A stretch of DNA of 64,000 nt from Trichormus sp. ATA11-4-KO1 (GTDB taxonomy: Bacteria > Cyanobacteriota > Cyanobacteriia > Cyanobacteriales > Nostocaceae). The notes under the pieces were generated by a model. That model saw only the letters and a list, made by a program, of their open reading frames with translations, ran no database searches and was not told the DNA's origin. The stretch lies in contig JAHHIM010000017.1 in assembly GCA_019358915.1 (NCBI GenBank), positions 24,107 to 88,106 on the forward strand. Direction: 5' to 3'. Of the stretch, positions 10,355 to 21,637 are shown piece after piece. The position numbers were made by a program, and so were the translations under genes. How positions within the stretch are numbered: the stretch's first letter is position 1; every line of letters starts with the position of its first letter.

Positions 10355-12253
10355 ATGTGTGGAATTGTTGGGTATATAGGCACTCAAGCGGCAACAGATA
10401 TTTTATTGGCTGGGTTAGAGAAACTAGAGTATCGCGGGTATGATTCGGCGGGAATAGCCACAGTATGGGAAGGTGAGGTTAACTGTGTTCGGGCAAAAGG
10501 TAAACTGCATAACCTGCGTTCTAAACTTGAACAGATAGCAACTCCTGCCCAAATTGGGATTGGTCATACTCGTTGGGCAACTCATGGTAAGCCAGAAGAA
10601 TACAATGCCCATCCCCACATGGATATGGCCATGCGCGTAGCGGTGGTACAAAATGGTATTATCGAAAACTACCGCGAGTTGCGCGAGGAACTCAAGCAAA
10701 AAGGACACCAGTTTGTTTCTGAAACCGACACAGAAGTAATTCCTCATCTCATAGCTGAATTTTTAAAGCATCCGCCATCTGACCATCTCCCCGCCTCTCC
10801 ATCTCCCTTTTTGGCAGCTGTTCGCCAAGCTGTTAATTATCTGAAGGGAGCATTTGCGATCGCAGTGATTTCGGCTGACTACCCGGATGAGTTGATTGGG
10901 GTTCGCCAACAAGCCCCGTTAGTGATAGGCTTTGGTCAAGGTGAGTTTTTTTGTGCCTCTGATACGCCTGCGATCGTTGCTCATACCCGTGCAGTTTTAC
11001 CTCTAGAAAATGGCGAAATTGCCCGTCTTACTCCCTTGGGAGTTGAAATTTATAATTTTGCTGGCGACAGGTTGAAAAAACAACCCCGAATGCTGACTTT
11101 GAATCCCACAATGGTAGAAAAGCAGGGATTCAAACACTTCATGCTTAAGGAAATTTATGAGCAACCAGGGGTAGTACGAGCGAGTTTAGCAGCTTATTTT
11201 CATACTGATAATTATCCTGCTGCATCAACTTCACCAATTAACCTAGATTTACCTACTGAATTTTACGCAGACCTAGAACAAATTAATATAGTTGCCTGTG
11301 GTACGAGTTGGCACGCAGCATTAGCAGGAAAATACTTAATTGAGCAACTAGCAGGTATTTCAACTCAAGTACACTATGCGTCTGAGTATCGTTATGCACC
11401 ATCACCCCTCACTCCGAATACTTTAATCATTGGCGTTACCCAATCAGGTGAAACGGCTGATACCCTGGCGGCTTTGGGTATGGAAAAAGAACGTCGTCAG
11501 GGGAAAGAAGCCAAATATCAGCCGCGACTGTTAGGCATTACCAATCGCCCAGAAAGCAGCCTAGGGTTAATGGTTCCTCATATTATCAACACCTTAGCGG
11601 GAATTGAAATTGGGGTAGCAGCAACAAAAACTTTTATCGCTCAATTGATGGCATTTTATGCTTTAGCGTTGGATTTAGCGGCTCGTCGTCAGACAATTTC
11701 GCCAGAAAGATTAGCAGAAATTATTAACGGATTGCGACAAATTCCCCAAAAAATTGAAGCGACATTGCAAAGTCAAGAAAGTTTCACTGAACAATTAGCC
11801 CATGAATTTGCTGAAACCAAAGACTTTATCTTTTTAGGTAGGGGGATTAACTTCCCTATTGCCTTGGAAGGTGCTTTGAAATTAAAAGAAATCAGTTACA
11901 TTCATGCTGAAGGTTATCCAGCCGGGGAAATGAAACATGGCCCCATTGCGTTATTAGATGCCAAAGTACCAGTAGTAGCGATCGCAGTTCCTGGTAGTGT
12001 GTATGAAAAAGTGATTTCTAACTCCCAAGAAGCCAAAGCTAGAGATTCCCGCTTAATTGGGGTAACACCAGTCAAAGATGGCGAAGCAGCAGAAATCTTC
12101 AACGACTTGCTCCCCGTCTCCGAAGTGGATGAATTACTCTCACCGATTCTCACAGTGATTCCTTTGCAACTGTTGGCTTATCATATTGCTGCGCGTCGCG
12201 GGTTGGATGTTGACCAGCCTCGGAACCTCGCTAAGAGCGTTACTGTTGAATAG
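10355..12253 (+). CDS. glmS: Glutamine--fructose-6-phosphate aminotransferase
   Basis: MCGIVG N-terminus, HTRWATHG, C-terminal PRNLAKSVTVE. Confidence 0.99.
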   Translation: MCGIVGYIGTQAATDILLAGLEKLEYRGYDSAGIATVWEGEVNCVRAKGKLHNLRSKLEQIATPAQIGIGHTRWATHGKPEEYNAHPHMDMAMRVAVVQNGIIENYRELREELKQKGHQFVSETDTEVIPHLIAEFLKHPPSDHLPASPSPFLAAVRQAVNYLKGAFAIAVISADYPDELIGVRQQAPLVIGFGQGEFFCASDTPAIVAHTRAVLPLENGEIARLTPLGVEIYNFAGDRLKKQPRMLTLNPTMVEKQGFKHFMLKEIYEQPGVVRASLAAYFHTDNYPAASTSPINLDLPTEFYADLEQINIVACGTSWHAALAGKYLIEQLAGISTQVHYASEYRYAPSPLTPNTLIIGVTQSGETADTLAALGMEKERRQGKEAKYQPRLLGITNRPESSLGLMVPHIINTLAGIEIGVAATKTFIAQLMAFYALALDLAARRQTISPERLAEIINGLRQIPQKIEATLQSQESFTEQLAHEFAETKDFIFLGRGINFPIALEGALKLKEISYIHAEGYPAGEMKHGPIALLDAKVPVVAIAVPGSVYEKVISNSQEAKARDSRLIGVTPVKDGEAAEIFNDLLPVSEVDELLSPILTVIPLQLLAYHIAARRGLDVDQPRNLAKSVTVE

Positions 12254-12281
12254 TATAAATATATACTTACTTTCTAATGAT

Positions 12282-12328
12282 AAAATAGCTTCTCAGTAAG
12301 AGAGACATCTTGCAGAAGCTATTTTTTT
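12282..12328 (+). terminator. Probable intrinsic terminator after glmS
   Basis: AAAATAGCTTCT (12282-12293) / AGAAGCTATTTT (12314-12325) inverted repeat with T-run. Confidence 0.55.
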
Positions 12329-12787
12329 ATAAAAATCTTATATAAAGTTACATAGATTAACAGTGAAAGTATAAATTGTCTATTTAAATGCGATCGCGGA
12401 AACTTAAATGTATATTTTTACAACATATTTATGATTAGAATCACAACGTGGACATTCCATGGAGATTCACCCTAATTCATATTCTCATTATGCAACGCCC
12501 TTGTACTCAAACTTTGGTTCTGGTTTAAGCTAAATTTAGCAGTTACGTATTTAAACAAAAATTTTAGTTTAAAATCATATCATAACATTGTTATTAATTT
12601 ATATATCTTGCTTGCTTAAACAACCAAACAACACAAAATCAGCCAATTGTTAATCACAAAGATATATTCTGTATGCAGTTTAAGTAATATTTGTAACTGT
12701 ATTTACTCAAAATCAGTATAAATTTTATCCACTAGCAAAAAATTAGAGTCGGAAATTTATCAAAAAACAATGTGATTTTTTGGTTAT

Positions 12788-12806
12788 CTTAACCTTTTGT
12801 TTACCT
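12788..12806 (+). promoter_or_regulatory. Cyanobacterial Pho box (SphR/PhoB site)
   Basis: CTTAACCT at 12788 and GTTTACCT at 12799 (11-bp period), upstream of the pst genes; matches the PyTTAAPyPy(T/A) repeat. Confidence 0.65.
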
Positions 12807-12865
12807 TGAGATGTATTTTTTAGGGGTATCTTTGGTGTGGCTTATATGGATAAATTCACGAAAGA

Positions 12866-13060
12866 GTGACGGCAATGCTATCACGTCTACATGTAGTCAA
12901 CAAGAGTTGCCTAGCAGCTACAGCATCGGTGTTAGATTTGACATCTAGCTTAGGGGCTTGTGTCACAGAGCAAGCCTCAAAAATTTCTGATGGTACTGCT
13001 ACAACTGTAGACTTTGGTGCCAGTGATGTTGCCATGACCGATGAAGCAAGGTCTTTTTGA
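12866..13060 (+). pseudogene. Internally deleted remnant of a second pstS
   Basis: Lipoprotein-like leader (SLGAC) fused directly to the PstS motif TVDFGASDVAMTDE, then a stop. Confidence 0.75.
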
Positions 13061-13085
13061 TCTGAATCCGTAGTCGTTTCGCAAA

Positions 13086-14207
13086 GTGAACATATTTTTC
13101 ATGATTCTCAATCGCAAAGTCCTTTTAGCAATCGCCTCTCTACCCATCGTGTTGGTAGCAACAGCCTGTGCGCCTAGCTCAGAACCTGGTAGCACTGGTA
13201 ATGGTAGTGGACAGAATGTAGCCGCTACTGGTGAAAGGGTAGCCATCAGTGGGGCTGGGGCGACCTTCCCTGCACCTCTTTTTCAACGATGGTTTGATGC
13301 CTATAATCGCCAAGTTAACCCCAATACCCAAGTGAGCTACCAGTCCGTAGGCAGTGGGGCAGGCTTGGAGCAGTACATTAATGGTACCGTAGATTTTGGG
13401 GCTAGTGAAGCACCCATTACTGACTCGGCAGATCGGCTAAAGTCTTTCAAAGGAAAGTACAATTACGATCCGATCCAAATCCCCATGACTGGAGGTTTTT
13501 TATCCTTCTCCTACAACTTGCCGGGAGTTGAAGATCAACAACTCAGACTCTCCCGCACAACCTATTGTGGTATTGTAACAGGCAAAATTACTCGCTGGAA
13601 TGATCCAGCGATCGCCAAGGACAACCCCGGTTTAAAAATTCCCGACTTACCCGTGACTTTTGCTCACCGATCTGATGGCAGTGGTACAACCTTTGTATTC
13701 ACCAACCACATTCAAACTGTCTGCCCAGACTGGACTGGTGGCGCGGGAACCTCAGTCAAATGGCCTGTGGGGATTGGCGGTCAAGGTAATGAAGGGGTAG
13801 CTGCCACCATTCAGCAGAATGAAGGAGCCATTGGTTATTTATCTTATGCCTACGCTGCCCTTAACGACATTGACTCAGCTTTAATTGAAAACAAAGCCGG
13901 AACCTTTATCGCCCCATCCCCTGAAGCAGCAGCCAACGCTCTGTTAGATGAGCCAGTACCTGATGACTTCGCCCTCCTTGTCCCCGACCCTGCTGGTAAG
14001 GATTCTTACCCCATCGTCGGTCTAGCTTGGGTGATGATTTATCGCAATTATCCAGACGATGCCAAATGGAAAGCCATGCGTAATGTCTTTGAATGGTCTT
14101 TAGGCCCAGAAGGCAAAAAGGTGGCAGAGGAACTTCTTTATGTCCCCATTCCTGATGCTCTAGTAGAGCGGATTAAAAAGGAGTTTGATACTGTGAACGC
14201 CAAGTAA
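13086..14207 (+). CDS. pstS: Phosphate ABC transporter substrate-binding lipoprotein
   Basis: Lipobox ATAC, GAGATFP, YQSVGSGAG, VDFGASE, HRSDGSGTT. Confidence 0.97.
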   Translation: MNIFFMILNRKVLLAIASLPIVLVATACAPSSEPGSTGNGSGQNVAATGERVAISGAGATFPAPLFQRWFDAYNRQVNPNTQVSYQSVGSGAGLEQYINGTVDFGASEAPITDSADRLKSFKGKYNYDPIQIPMTGGFLSFSYNLPGVEDQQLRLSRTTYCGIVTGKITRWNDPAIAKDNPGLKIPDLPVTFAHRSDGSGTTFVFTNHIQTVCPDWTGGAGTSVKWPVGIGGQGNEGVAATIQQNEGAIGYLSYAYAALNDIDSALIENKAGTFIAPSPEAAANALLDEPVPDDFALLVPDPAGKDSYPIVGLAWVMIYRNYPDDAKWKAMRNVFEWSLGPEGKKVAEELLYVPIPDALVERIKKEFDTVNAK

Positions 14208-14295
14208 GGAGCCGAGATTTTTGGGAGTGTTCTTGATCATTAAACACTCCCAAAATTGACCATGTAATAACCTTATTAAGGAGCGAAATAACGTC

Positions 14296-15261
14296 ATGAC
14301 GTCGGCTGACCAATCAACTCCATTAACCAGGAGTAGCCTGGAAAAACAAAACAGTACATCTAGGGTGCTTGATGTTGGTTTTTGGGGACTCACTTTGCTA
14401 CTAGCCATCGGTGCTGGAGCAGTTTTACTCTGGGTAATCATACAGACAGCTATAGAAGCTATCCCAGCCATTCAAGAATTTGGTCTCGGTTTTGTATTCG
14501 GTACAGACTGGAACCCTGTCACAAATGTCTATGGGGTACTGCCTCAGATATATGGAACCATAGTCACCGCCTTTATTGCTCTAATAATTGCCGTTCCCCT
14601 GGGCATCGGAGTAGCCATATTTTTAACCGAAGGATTTGCTCCTTCGTGGGTGACAACTCCTATCGCCTTTGCCATTGAGCTAATCGTTGCTATTCCTAGT
14701 GTCGTTTTAGGGATTTGGGGTATTTTCGTCCTCATTCCGGTTATGAGGCCGGTTTTCAGGTTTCTCAATACCTACTTTGGCTGGATTCCCATTTTCAGTG
14801 GCCGTACGCCTATAGGCAATAGCCTACTGATTGTGGGCTTGGTACTGTCAATTATGATTGTGCCTATTATTATTTCTATTACCCGCAGTACCTTAGAAGT
14901 CCTACCCAAAGACCTCCGCAATGGTTCTTTAGCTTTGGGAGCAACCCGTTGGGAAACGATTTTGAGAGTAATGATTCCCGCAGGCTTGTCTGGCATTGTC
15001 AGTTCCGTTATGTTGGCTATGGGTCGGGCAATGGGGGAAACAATGGTTGCCGCCATGCTAGTTGGTAACGCTAACAGCATCAACATATCATGGCTCCGTC
15101 CTGGATCGACTATCACAGGTTTAATTGCCTCCCAGTTTGGAGAAGCCGGACGCACCCAAGTTGCGGCTCTGATGTACGCTGGTTTAGTGCTAATGATTTT
15201 GTCGCTGGTGGTGAATATTTTCGCTGAGTTGATTATTCGTCGCTTCCAGAATATTGAGTAA
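14296..15261 (+). CDS. pstC: Phosphate ABC transporter permease
   Basis: AIPSVVLGIWG, ALGATRWE, GRAMGETM. Confidence 0.97.
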   Translation: MTSADQSTPLTRSSLEKQNSTSRVLDVGFWGLTLLLAIGAGAVLLWVIIQTAIEAIPAIQEFGLGFVFGTDWNPVTNVYGVLPQIYGTIVTAFIALIIAVPLGIGVAIFLTEGFAPSWVTTPIAFAIELIVAIPSVVLGIWGIFVLIPVMRPVFRFLNTYFGWIPIFSGRTPIGNSLLIVGLVLSIMIVPIIISITRSTLEVLPKDLRNGSLALGATRWETILRVMIPAGLSGIVSSVMLAMGRAMGETMVAAMLVGNANSINISWLRPGSTITGLIASQFGEAGRTQVAALMYAGLVLMILSLVVNIFAELIIRRFQNIE

Positions 15262-15328
15262 AGTTTCAGCCTTTTTCCTCAGCTTTTAATAAGAGTAGAT
15301 GCAAGATTAAGTTTACAGAAGAGCAATT

Positions 15329-16225
15329 ATGGATAATCAGCCTTCCTTTGCGTACAAAGGCAATGATTTTGATATCAGTAATAAATCGATGGCTCCCCAT
15401 CGCCGCATGACTGAGCATGTATTGACGATTTTAACTATGGTCTTTGCCGCAGTAGTAATTGTCCCTCTAATATGGGTTCTGATTAGCGTGTTTGAAAAGG
15501 GTGTTGATGCCCTGATATTTCCAGACATTTTTACTAAGCTTCCCCCACCTCCTGGTTTATCTGAGGGCGGTGTTGGTCATGCCATTGTTGGGACTTTAAT
15601 GACTCTGGGAGTTGGTACATTAATTTCAGTTCCCTTCGGTGTGATTGCTGCCGTTTACCTAGCTGAGTTTGGTCGGGGAACTAAATTGGCTTACTTAGTC
15701 AAATTTTCCTGCAATGTACTTACTGGAGTCCCGGCTATTCTCTGCGGCTTATTTGCCTATTCTATTGTGGTTAGGCCTTCAGGTTCATTTTCGGCCTTTT
15801 CTGGTGGGGTAGCCTTGGCTGTGTTAATGCTGCCTATTATTATTCGGTCTACGGAAGAAGCTTTGTTGCTAGTGCCTAATGATTTGCGATTGGCATCAAC
15901 AGGTATTGGTGCAACTCGCTTTGAAACCGTTGTCCAGATTGTGTTACCAGCAGCTTTGACTTCAATTGTTACGGGTGTCGTTTTATCCGTTGCTCGTGCA
16001 GCCGGGGAAGCGGCTCCCCTGCTGTTTACTGCCTTTAACAATAATTTCTGGGCGGCAAATATTTGGGAACCTGTGGCAACTCTACCAGTGTTGATTTACT
16101 TTTTCTCGATTATTCCCTATAAGGCTTCCCAGACTTTAGCTTGGGCCGCAGCCTTGATGTTATTGTCAATTGTGCTGTTGTTTAGTATTTTGGCTCGGTA
16201 CTTCAGTCGGCAGAAGAAGTTCTAG
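15329..16225 (+). CDS. pstA: Phosphate ABC transporter permease
   Basis: YLAEF, GVPAILCGLF, ARAAGEAAPLLFT. Confidence 0.97.
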   Translation: MDNQPSFAYKGNDFDISNKSMAPHRRMTEHVLTILTMVFAAVVIVPLIWVLISVFEKGVDALIFPDIFTKLPPPPGLSEGGVGHAIVGTLMTLGVGTLISVPFGVIAAVYLAEFGRGTKLAYLVKFSCNVLTGVPAILCGLFAYSIVVRPSGSFSAFSGGVALAVLMLPIIIRSTEEALLLVPNDLRLASTGIGATRFETVVQIVLPAALTSIVTGVVLSVARAAGEAAPLLFTAFNNNFWAANIWEPVATLPVLIYFFSIIPYKASQTLAWAAALMLLSIVLLFSILARYFSRQKKF

Positions 16226-16404
16226 CATCAGGGAATTTGCACTAATTTTTTTGCCAGAAATTCACCCAAATTTTATACCCTTTCAAGGTATTAATAGTTT
16301 CAATTACCAGTATCATCACTCGCTGGGCAACTCACCGAAAAGCTGAGTGCAACTGTATCTCAAGTACGGTTCATCATCGCAAAAATCTCCACTACACTAA
16401 AATT

Positions 16405-17208
16405 ATGGTTACTAACACTAGTACAGTGAATGACACTGAAACTGTTTTAAGAACAGAAAACCTGAACGTTTACTACGGCAAGTTCTTAGCTTTGCAGAAT
16501 ATTTGGCTAGACATACCCAAAAATAAGGTGACAGCTTTTATTGGTCCTTCCGGCTGTGGTAAGAGTACATTGATACGGTGTTATAACCGTCTGAATGACT
16601 TAATTGAATCATTCCGGGCAGAAGGAAAAATTTTCTTTTACGATAAAAACTTGTATGCACCCGAAATTGATCCGGTAGTAGTGCGCCGGCGAATTGGGAT
16701 GGTGTTTCAAAGACCAAACCCGTTTCCCAAATCAATTTATGACAACATTACTTTTGGTGCCAAAATCAATGGTTACAGAGGTAATTTCGATGAATTAGTC
16801 GAAAAGAGTCTGCGACAAGCAGCTTTGTGGGATGAAGTCAAAGACAAACTCAAGCAAAGTGGTTTGTCTTTATCTGGTGGGCAACAACAAAGGTTGTGTA
16901 TTGCGCGGGCGATCGCAGTGCAACCAGAAGTTATTCTGATGGATGAACCCTGTTCAGCGCTTGACCCCGTTTCTACTATTCAGGTAGAAGAACTTATTCA
17001 TGAATTGAAGGAAAAATATACCGTCGTCATCGTCACCCACAACATGCAACAAGCTGCACGGGTGTCTGATAAGACTGCCTTTTTCAACGTTAAAGTTGCA
17101 GAAGGTGGTCGGAGTGGCTATTTAGTGGAATACGATTCTACAGAAGTAATTTTTAATAATCCCAAACAGGCAGACACCCGAGATTACGTCAGTGGCAGAT
17201 TTGGTTAA
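16405..17208 (+). CDS. pstB: Phosphate ABC transporter ATP-binding protein
   Basis: [39 protein letters not shown]. Confidence 0.98.
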   Translation: MVTNTSTVNDTETVLRTENLNVYYGKFLALQNIWLDIPKNKVTAFIGPSGCGKSTLIRCYNRLNDLIESFRAEGKIFFYDKNLYAPEIDPVVVRRRIGMVFQRPNPFPKSIYDNITFGAKINGYRGNFDELVEKSLRQAALWDEVKDKLKQSGLSLSGGQQQRLCIARAIAVQPEVILMDEPCSALDPVSTIQVEELIHELKEKYTVVIVTHNMQQAARVSDKTAFFNVKVAEGGRSGYLVEYDSTEVIFNNPKQADTRDYVSGRFG

Positions 17209-17217
17209 GCGAACAGA

Positions 17218-17874
17218 TTAATCACTGTTATTCATCCCCACCCTACGAAACTTTGAAGGTGGGAATTTTTTATCCAAAAACGTCAAATAGGCATAACTTA
17301 ACACGCGCAAACATCGCTCTTTTGACCAGAGAAAGGAAAAAATGTACCTTAGACATCTCCAAAATAGTAACATTTCATCAAATTCCGATGCAGAGATGAT
17401 ATTCAGTTCTTTGGCGCTGACTAAAGCGGCGATCGCAGCTGCTTGATCCCACATGGTGACGGAGGTAAAGCCATCCACGGAGTTAACTAAACAGGTTTCA
17501 TCGTTCCAGTTGCGTTGAAAGTATGCCCAAGCTTGACGGGCGATCGCCATTTTTGCTGGGGTGAGTTCTCCTACGTTCGGCGCAATATAAGGAATGAAGG
17601 AAATTGTGACTTGGTTAGAGCTGATGGGGTCGCCTGGTAACACCAAAGATTCTGCATCTAGTCTGGCAAGTTCTTCTGGATCAACTTCTGGTTCTGGCAC
17701 TGGGGAAGGTTGAGTGATGGATGTTTCTGGTGTGTCTACAGAAGCAGTGCGAGTACGATTTAAATACGTAGACCACAAATTTAACCCAGCGATGGCGATC
17801 GCGGCTGTGACTACTCCGCCGACAGAAGCTAATATGGATAGGTTTTTTGGTGGTGGTTCAAAGTCAGAGGTCAT
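17218..17874 (-). pseudogene. Truncated DUF3131-like (glucan-related) membrane-anchored protein
   Basis: ARQAWAYFQRNWNDETCLVNSVDGF..TMWD is the start of a DUF3131-like domain; after ISASEFDE the sequence becomes unrelated. Confidence 0.65.
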
Positions 17875-18203
17875 TTTTGTTTAGAGCCTTAAAGTAGCTT
17901 TCTCAAGCTTGGAAGAATAATTCAAGAAAAATGGAAGAACGCGGCGATTTCCTCACTGAGTGAAATTATTTTCAAGTAGGAAAATTAAAACCGTGGCAAG
18001 ATTTTGATAATTTAGCAAAATACGCAAAGATTTCCGGAAAAATCTTACATATTATCTAATTTGAAACACAAAAACTTTAAATATAGGTCGGCAAAAGCCT
18101 CGAATGGGTAAGCCAAATTATCACCATTGCATAGTTGTAGTTTGAAAACACGCCTAGGCTCAAGAAAAAGCCAGCCATAAAAGGAGGATAAACATGACAG
18201 AAA

Positions 18204-18362
18204 AAGCTGAATCGTGTCGGTATTTGGGTTGGTGTTGGCACACAATCCAACTTAGATCAGGGAGCAGATCTAGCTCCCTCTAACAGCGACCTAAAAACAG
18301 CTGAACACTATGGTCGGAGAATTGCAATGGCAGCACAACGTTGGAACGGAATTAAGGACTAA
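18204..18362 (+). pseudogene. 3' fragment of a flavodoxin/WrbA-like protein
   Basis: Manual translation KLNRVGIWVGVGTQSNLDQGADLAPSNSDLKTAEHYGRRIAMAAQRW*; no in-frame start. Confidence 0.6.
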
Positions 18363-18393
18363 GCTTGAGCGACATTACAGTATTTGGGCAGAG

Positions 18394-19275
18394 ATGGTTA
18401 AATCTATTGGCATGGAATTGAATATCCGAACCGCTACTAATGAAGATGTTGCATCATGTGGACTGATACTGCATCTGGCATTTACTCAAGTAAATACAGC
18501 ACATGGTTTTAGCAGCGAGTTTCCCAGTACGGAAATTGGCATACAAGCAGCCCAATTTTTTATTAATCACTTCTCCTATGACACCATTGTTGCTGAGTAC
18601 AACGAGCAGGTTGTTGGTCTATGTTTTCTTGACAAGCGTAGTGTAGTTCATGGGGTAGCTATTGTTGCGGTACATCCTCATGCTCAGGGAAAAGCAATTG
18701 GTCGCAGACTGATGGAAACTGTTTTAGTACATAGTAAAAAAGCTTGCAGTATTCGCCTACTCCAGCACACGTTCAATACACAGAGCATCGCCCTCTACAC
18801 TTCTTTGGGATTTGATGTGAAAGAACTGATCGTACTACTTAGTGGCAAACCAAAAGGAGAAATCCCTATTGGATATAGCGTTCGTCAGATGATGCATGAA
18901 GACCTGGAAAGATGTAAAGCATTGAGCGAGTCAGCTCTAGGTTTTGATCGAACAAAAGAATTGCAGGACGCATTGCATATGTTTAAGCCAGTCGTTGCTA
19001 TGCGGGATGAACGCATTGTTGCTTATGCTTCTGCTACAGATGCTTGGCAACAGAATTATGGCATTGCTGAGAATGAAGAAGCTATGAAAGCGTTAATTTT
19101 GGGTATCAGCAAACTAGTTCCAGAAAATCTGGAATTTTTGTTACCTATCCGTCAGTCGAGCCTTTTTCGGTGGTGTCTGGAGAAGAAATTTCGTGTTGTT
19201 AAACCAATGACTTTGATGAGCATGGGTGAATATCAAGAGCCAAAAGGTTCTTATTTTACATCCGTTGCTTTTTGA
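18394..19275 (+). CDS. Two-domain GNAT N-acetyltransferase
   Basis: AVHPHAQGKAIGRRLM acetyl-CoA motif, ALYTSLGF; start uncertain (18394 or 18412). Confidence 0.85.
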   Translation: MVKSIGMELNIRTATNEDVASCGLILHLAFTQVNTAHGFSSEFPSTEIGIQAAQFFINHFSYDTIVAEYNEQVVGLCFLDKRSVVHGVAIVAVHPHAQGKAIGRRLMETVLVHSKKACSIRLLQHTFNTQSIALYTSLGFDVKELIVLLSGKPKGEIPIGYSVRQMMHEDLERCKALSESALGFDRTKELQDALHMFKPVVAMRDERIVAYASATDAWQQNYGIAENEEAMKALILGISKLVPENLEFLLPIRQSSLFRWCLEKKFRVVKPMTLMSMGEYQEPKGSYFTSVAF

Positions 19276-19464
19276 CCCCCCGTACTCACCCGAAACTTGA
19301 GTATTGTCACAGTTATAGAATATTGGACATGGGCTGCTTGTAGCTTTTGAGTTGTCGTTGTGGAAGACAACAACTCTACTACATCAGCCCTATTTATTCA
19401 TCTTCTTTTTTAGTGAAAGTGTGAATTAACAAAATATGGCGTTGCTGAATTTATTGAGATAGGT

Positions 19465-20364
19465 TCATTGATTTCTGTAAGCCTTTGGTGTCATCCGCGT
19501 CAGTTGTTGGAAACACTTGCCTAGATGACTCTGGCTGTTAAAACCACACAGTAAAGCAACATCAGCAATTGTTAACTTCTGTTGATTGAGCAACTGCTTT
19601 GCTTTCTCTACTCGTTGCTGAATCACGTATACAGAAGGTGAAATGCCTGTAGACTGTTTAAAGAGGCGACTAAAGTAAAATTTGCTCATGCCGATTGATT
19701 GAGCGATATCAGCTAACTTAATTTTCTCAGCGAGATGGTCGTTAATGTAATCAGTTACCTGTAGTAATTGGTAAACAGATAAGCCAGCAGAATAATTAGA
19801 AACGCGATGCGTCCGATCAGAGTAATTTCTGAGCAAATGCACTGCTAGCGCATTGGTCAGAGATTCAACGTAAAGCTGTCCTCCTAAGCTCTCATTGTGA
19901 AGTTCAGAGAGCAGCATCATGGCAAAATTTTCAATGTGTTGATCTCTGGCGCAAAACTCAGGAAACAGCTTGAACTGACTTGGATCAATCTCGAAGGCTT
20001 CATTCGCAATTGTCTGAACAAAGCTAGATGAAAGGCATATTCGGAGGTAGTGGTCATCATTCTCCCAACGCTCTGCAATTGGTAGCCCAGCAGGGGTAAG
20101 CGAGATGTCGCCTTTAGCATGAAGCCCCTGGTGAATTCGCTCGCCTTTCACTTGTACTAACTTAATGGGACGCGGCGCGAGAGAGACACAAATCATATGC
20201 TCAGAACTGTTATGCATCTTGATTTGGCCAGGAGGTTGATGGAACTGCTCAACTAATATGTTGTCCCAGCCGCGCTGTTTACTCGATACAACGGGCAAAT
20301 TGAGATGATGCTCCGATTCCTTAATTGTCTCAGAAGTAATTACGGCCGCAGATTTCATCTTCAA
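19465..20364 (-). CDS. AraC family transcriptional regulator
   Basis: C-terminal double HTH: SKFYFSRLFKQSTG...IADVALLCGFNSQSHL...TPKAYR. Confidence 0.95.
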   Translation of the reverse strand: MKMKSAAVITSETIKESEHHLNLPVVSSKQRGWDNILVEQFHQPPGQIKMHNSSEHMICVSLAPRPIKLVQVKGERIHQGLHAKGDISLTPAGLPIAERWENDDHYLRICLSSSFVQTIANEAFEIDPSQFKLFPEFCARDQHIENFAMMLLSELHNESLGGQLYVESLTNALAVHLLRNYSDRTHRVSNYSAGLSVYQLLQVTDYINDHLAEKIKLADIAQSIGMSKFYFSRLFKQSTGISPSVYVIQQRVEKAKQLLNQQKLTIADVALLCGFNSQSHLGKCFQQLTRMTPKAYRNQ

Positions 20365-21082
20365 GATCCTCTAAGCTATGTGAATTTTGGCGTTGCACAA
20401 TAACAATATGAATCAGGGCGAATCATAATCAGTAAACCACAAACTTTGGAAAACAAACTAAAGAACTAGGTTTCCAGCCTACATGAGCAAAACGACAAAT
20501 AGCATTAGTTTAACAGCAATAAGCCTGACGGCACGGCTTTTGTTGGTATGCTTCCATTTAGCTAAAATTTGCGCGTTGCAAGGTTTATCGAAAAATTGAT
20601 TTACTGAATCATGGAGTGTCCATGCTGCTGCTTAAATCGTAACCGTAAAAACTAAAGACACAGAGGCAAGCAGAATTACTGATGTACGGAATGCGATTCT
20701 TACGGTTAATATTCTACTTCGCTTTTCACAAGATAACGTTATGAGCGAGTTAAAGATTATCCGTGAGAGGTTAACTGACACCCTCAGTAAACCAAAAAGT
20801 TTTTTTTCGAGGTGCGAATCCTGCAACGGAAAATCCGTCTTCAGCGCTGGGGCAACTTTTTGGGCTGAGATATTAGCCATGACAAACACAGCACTTGTCC
20901 ATAGATAAAACGCCTATTTTATCTATCAACACCAAGTTTTCTGGGTCTATATGTTGGACTGGTTACCAATACTTACTTCTGACGCTATCTAAAATTATTA
21001 ACGAACTGACAAGTCAGTGCTTGCGCGAGCGCTACTTAGAAAATCTGTTTATTGAAAATATGGTGTGGTAATTCAGGCGCTC

Positions 21083-21637
21083 TTATCCTAATGATTTCTC
21101 TCCCTGAACTCTTTGAGGTTTTTTCATTTGCTGCTCAAGCCAACATCTTCTTAAGAACAAAATGATTATTGCTGTCATTCCCATGACTACCAAAGGAGTG
21201 CTCAAGTTCCAATGTCCATACATCTTGTCATTAATATGCCAAAATAGTAAAAACATTGCTAAATACGTTAACTGATGTAACTGCCGCCAGTTTTTCTTCA
21301 TTTTTTTGACACACCAGTCATTAGAAGTAATTGCTAGCAGTGTGAAAATAATAAATGTTGCTGATCCATGCACATATACTCTATAGGTAGTCAAATCGAA
21401 GAAATCAAAATTTCTTTTGACTATCAAAAGCCAGGCATGTCCCAAGGCTAACACAAAAGATAAAATACCTAATTGACGACGATTTTTCAATAATTGTATG
21501 ATAAACTTTGCCTTTTTTAGCGTCGGAAAAATTATTCTTATAGAGGTAGGAATTAATGTTAAAATATAACTAATTACTGCTAAAAAACCTAGTAAATTAG
21601 CCATTGGAATAGAGATGTAAAGCCATGTAGTGTACAT
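21083..21637 (-). CDS. Ferric reductase-like transmembrane protein (MsrQ/YedZ-like)
   Basis: RRQLGILSF..ALGH, LAITSN...WRQLHQLTY; multiple TM helices. Confidence 0.85.
   Translation of the reverse strand: MYTTWLYISIPMANLLGFLAVISYILTLIPTSIRIIFPTLKKAKFIIQLLKNRRQLGILSFVLALGHAWLLIVKRNFDFFDLTTYRVYVHGSATFIIFTLLAITSNDWCVKKMKKNWRQLHQLTYLAMFLLFWHINDKMYGHWNLSTPLVVMGMTAIIILFLRRCWLEQQMKKPQRVQGEKSLG

Noticed and set aside
12254..12800. Tn7/CAST insertion at attTn7 downstream of glmS
   Set aside because: No TGT...ACA ends, TnsB-site arrays or tns genes are visible; only a terminator and an AT-rich pst promoter region.
20632..20889. 85-aa ORF in the island
   Set aside because: No recognisable motif on either strand and no clear RBS; probably spurious or decayed.
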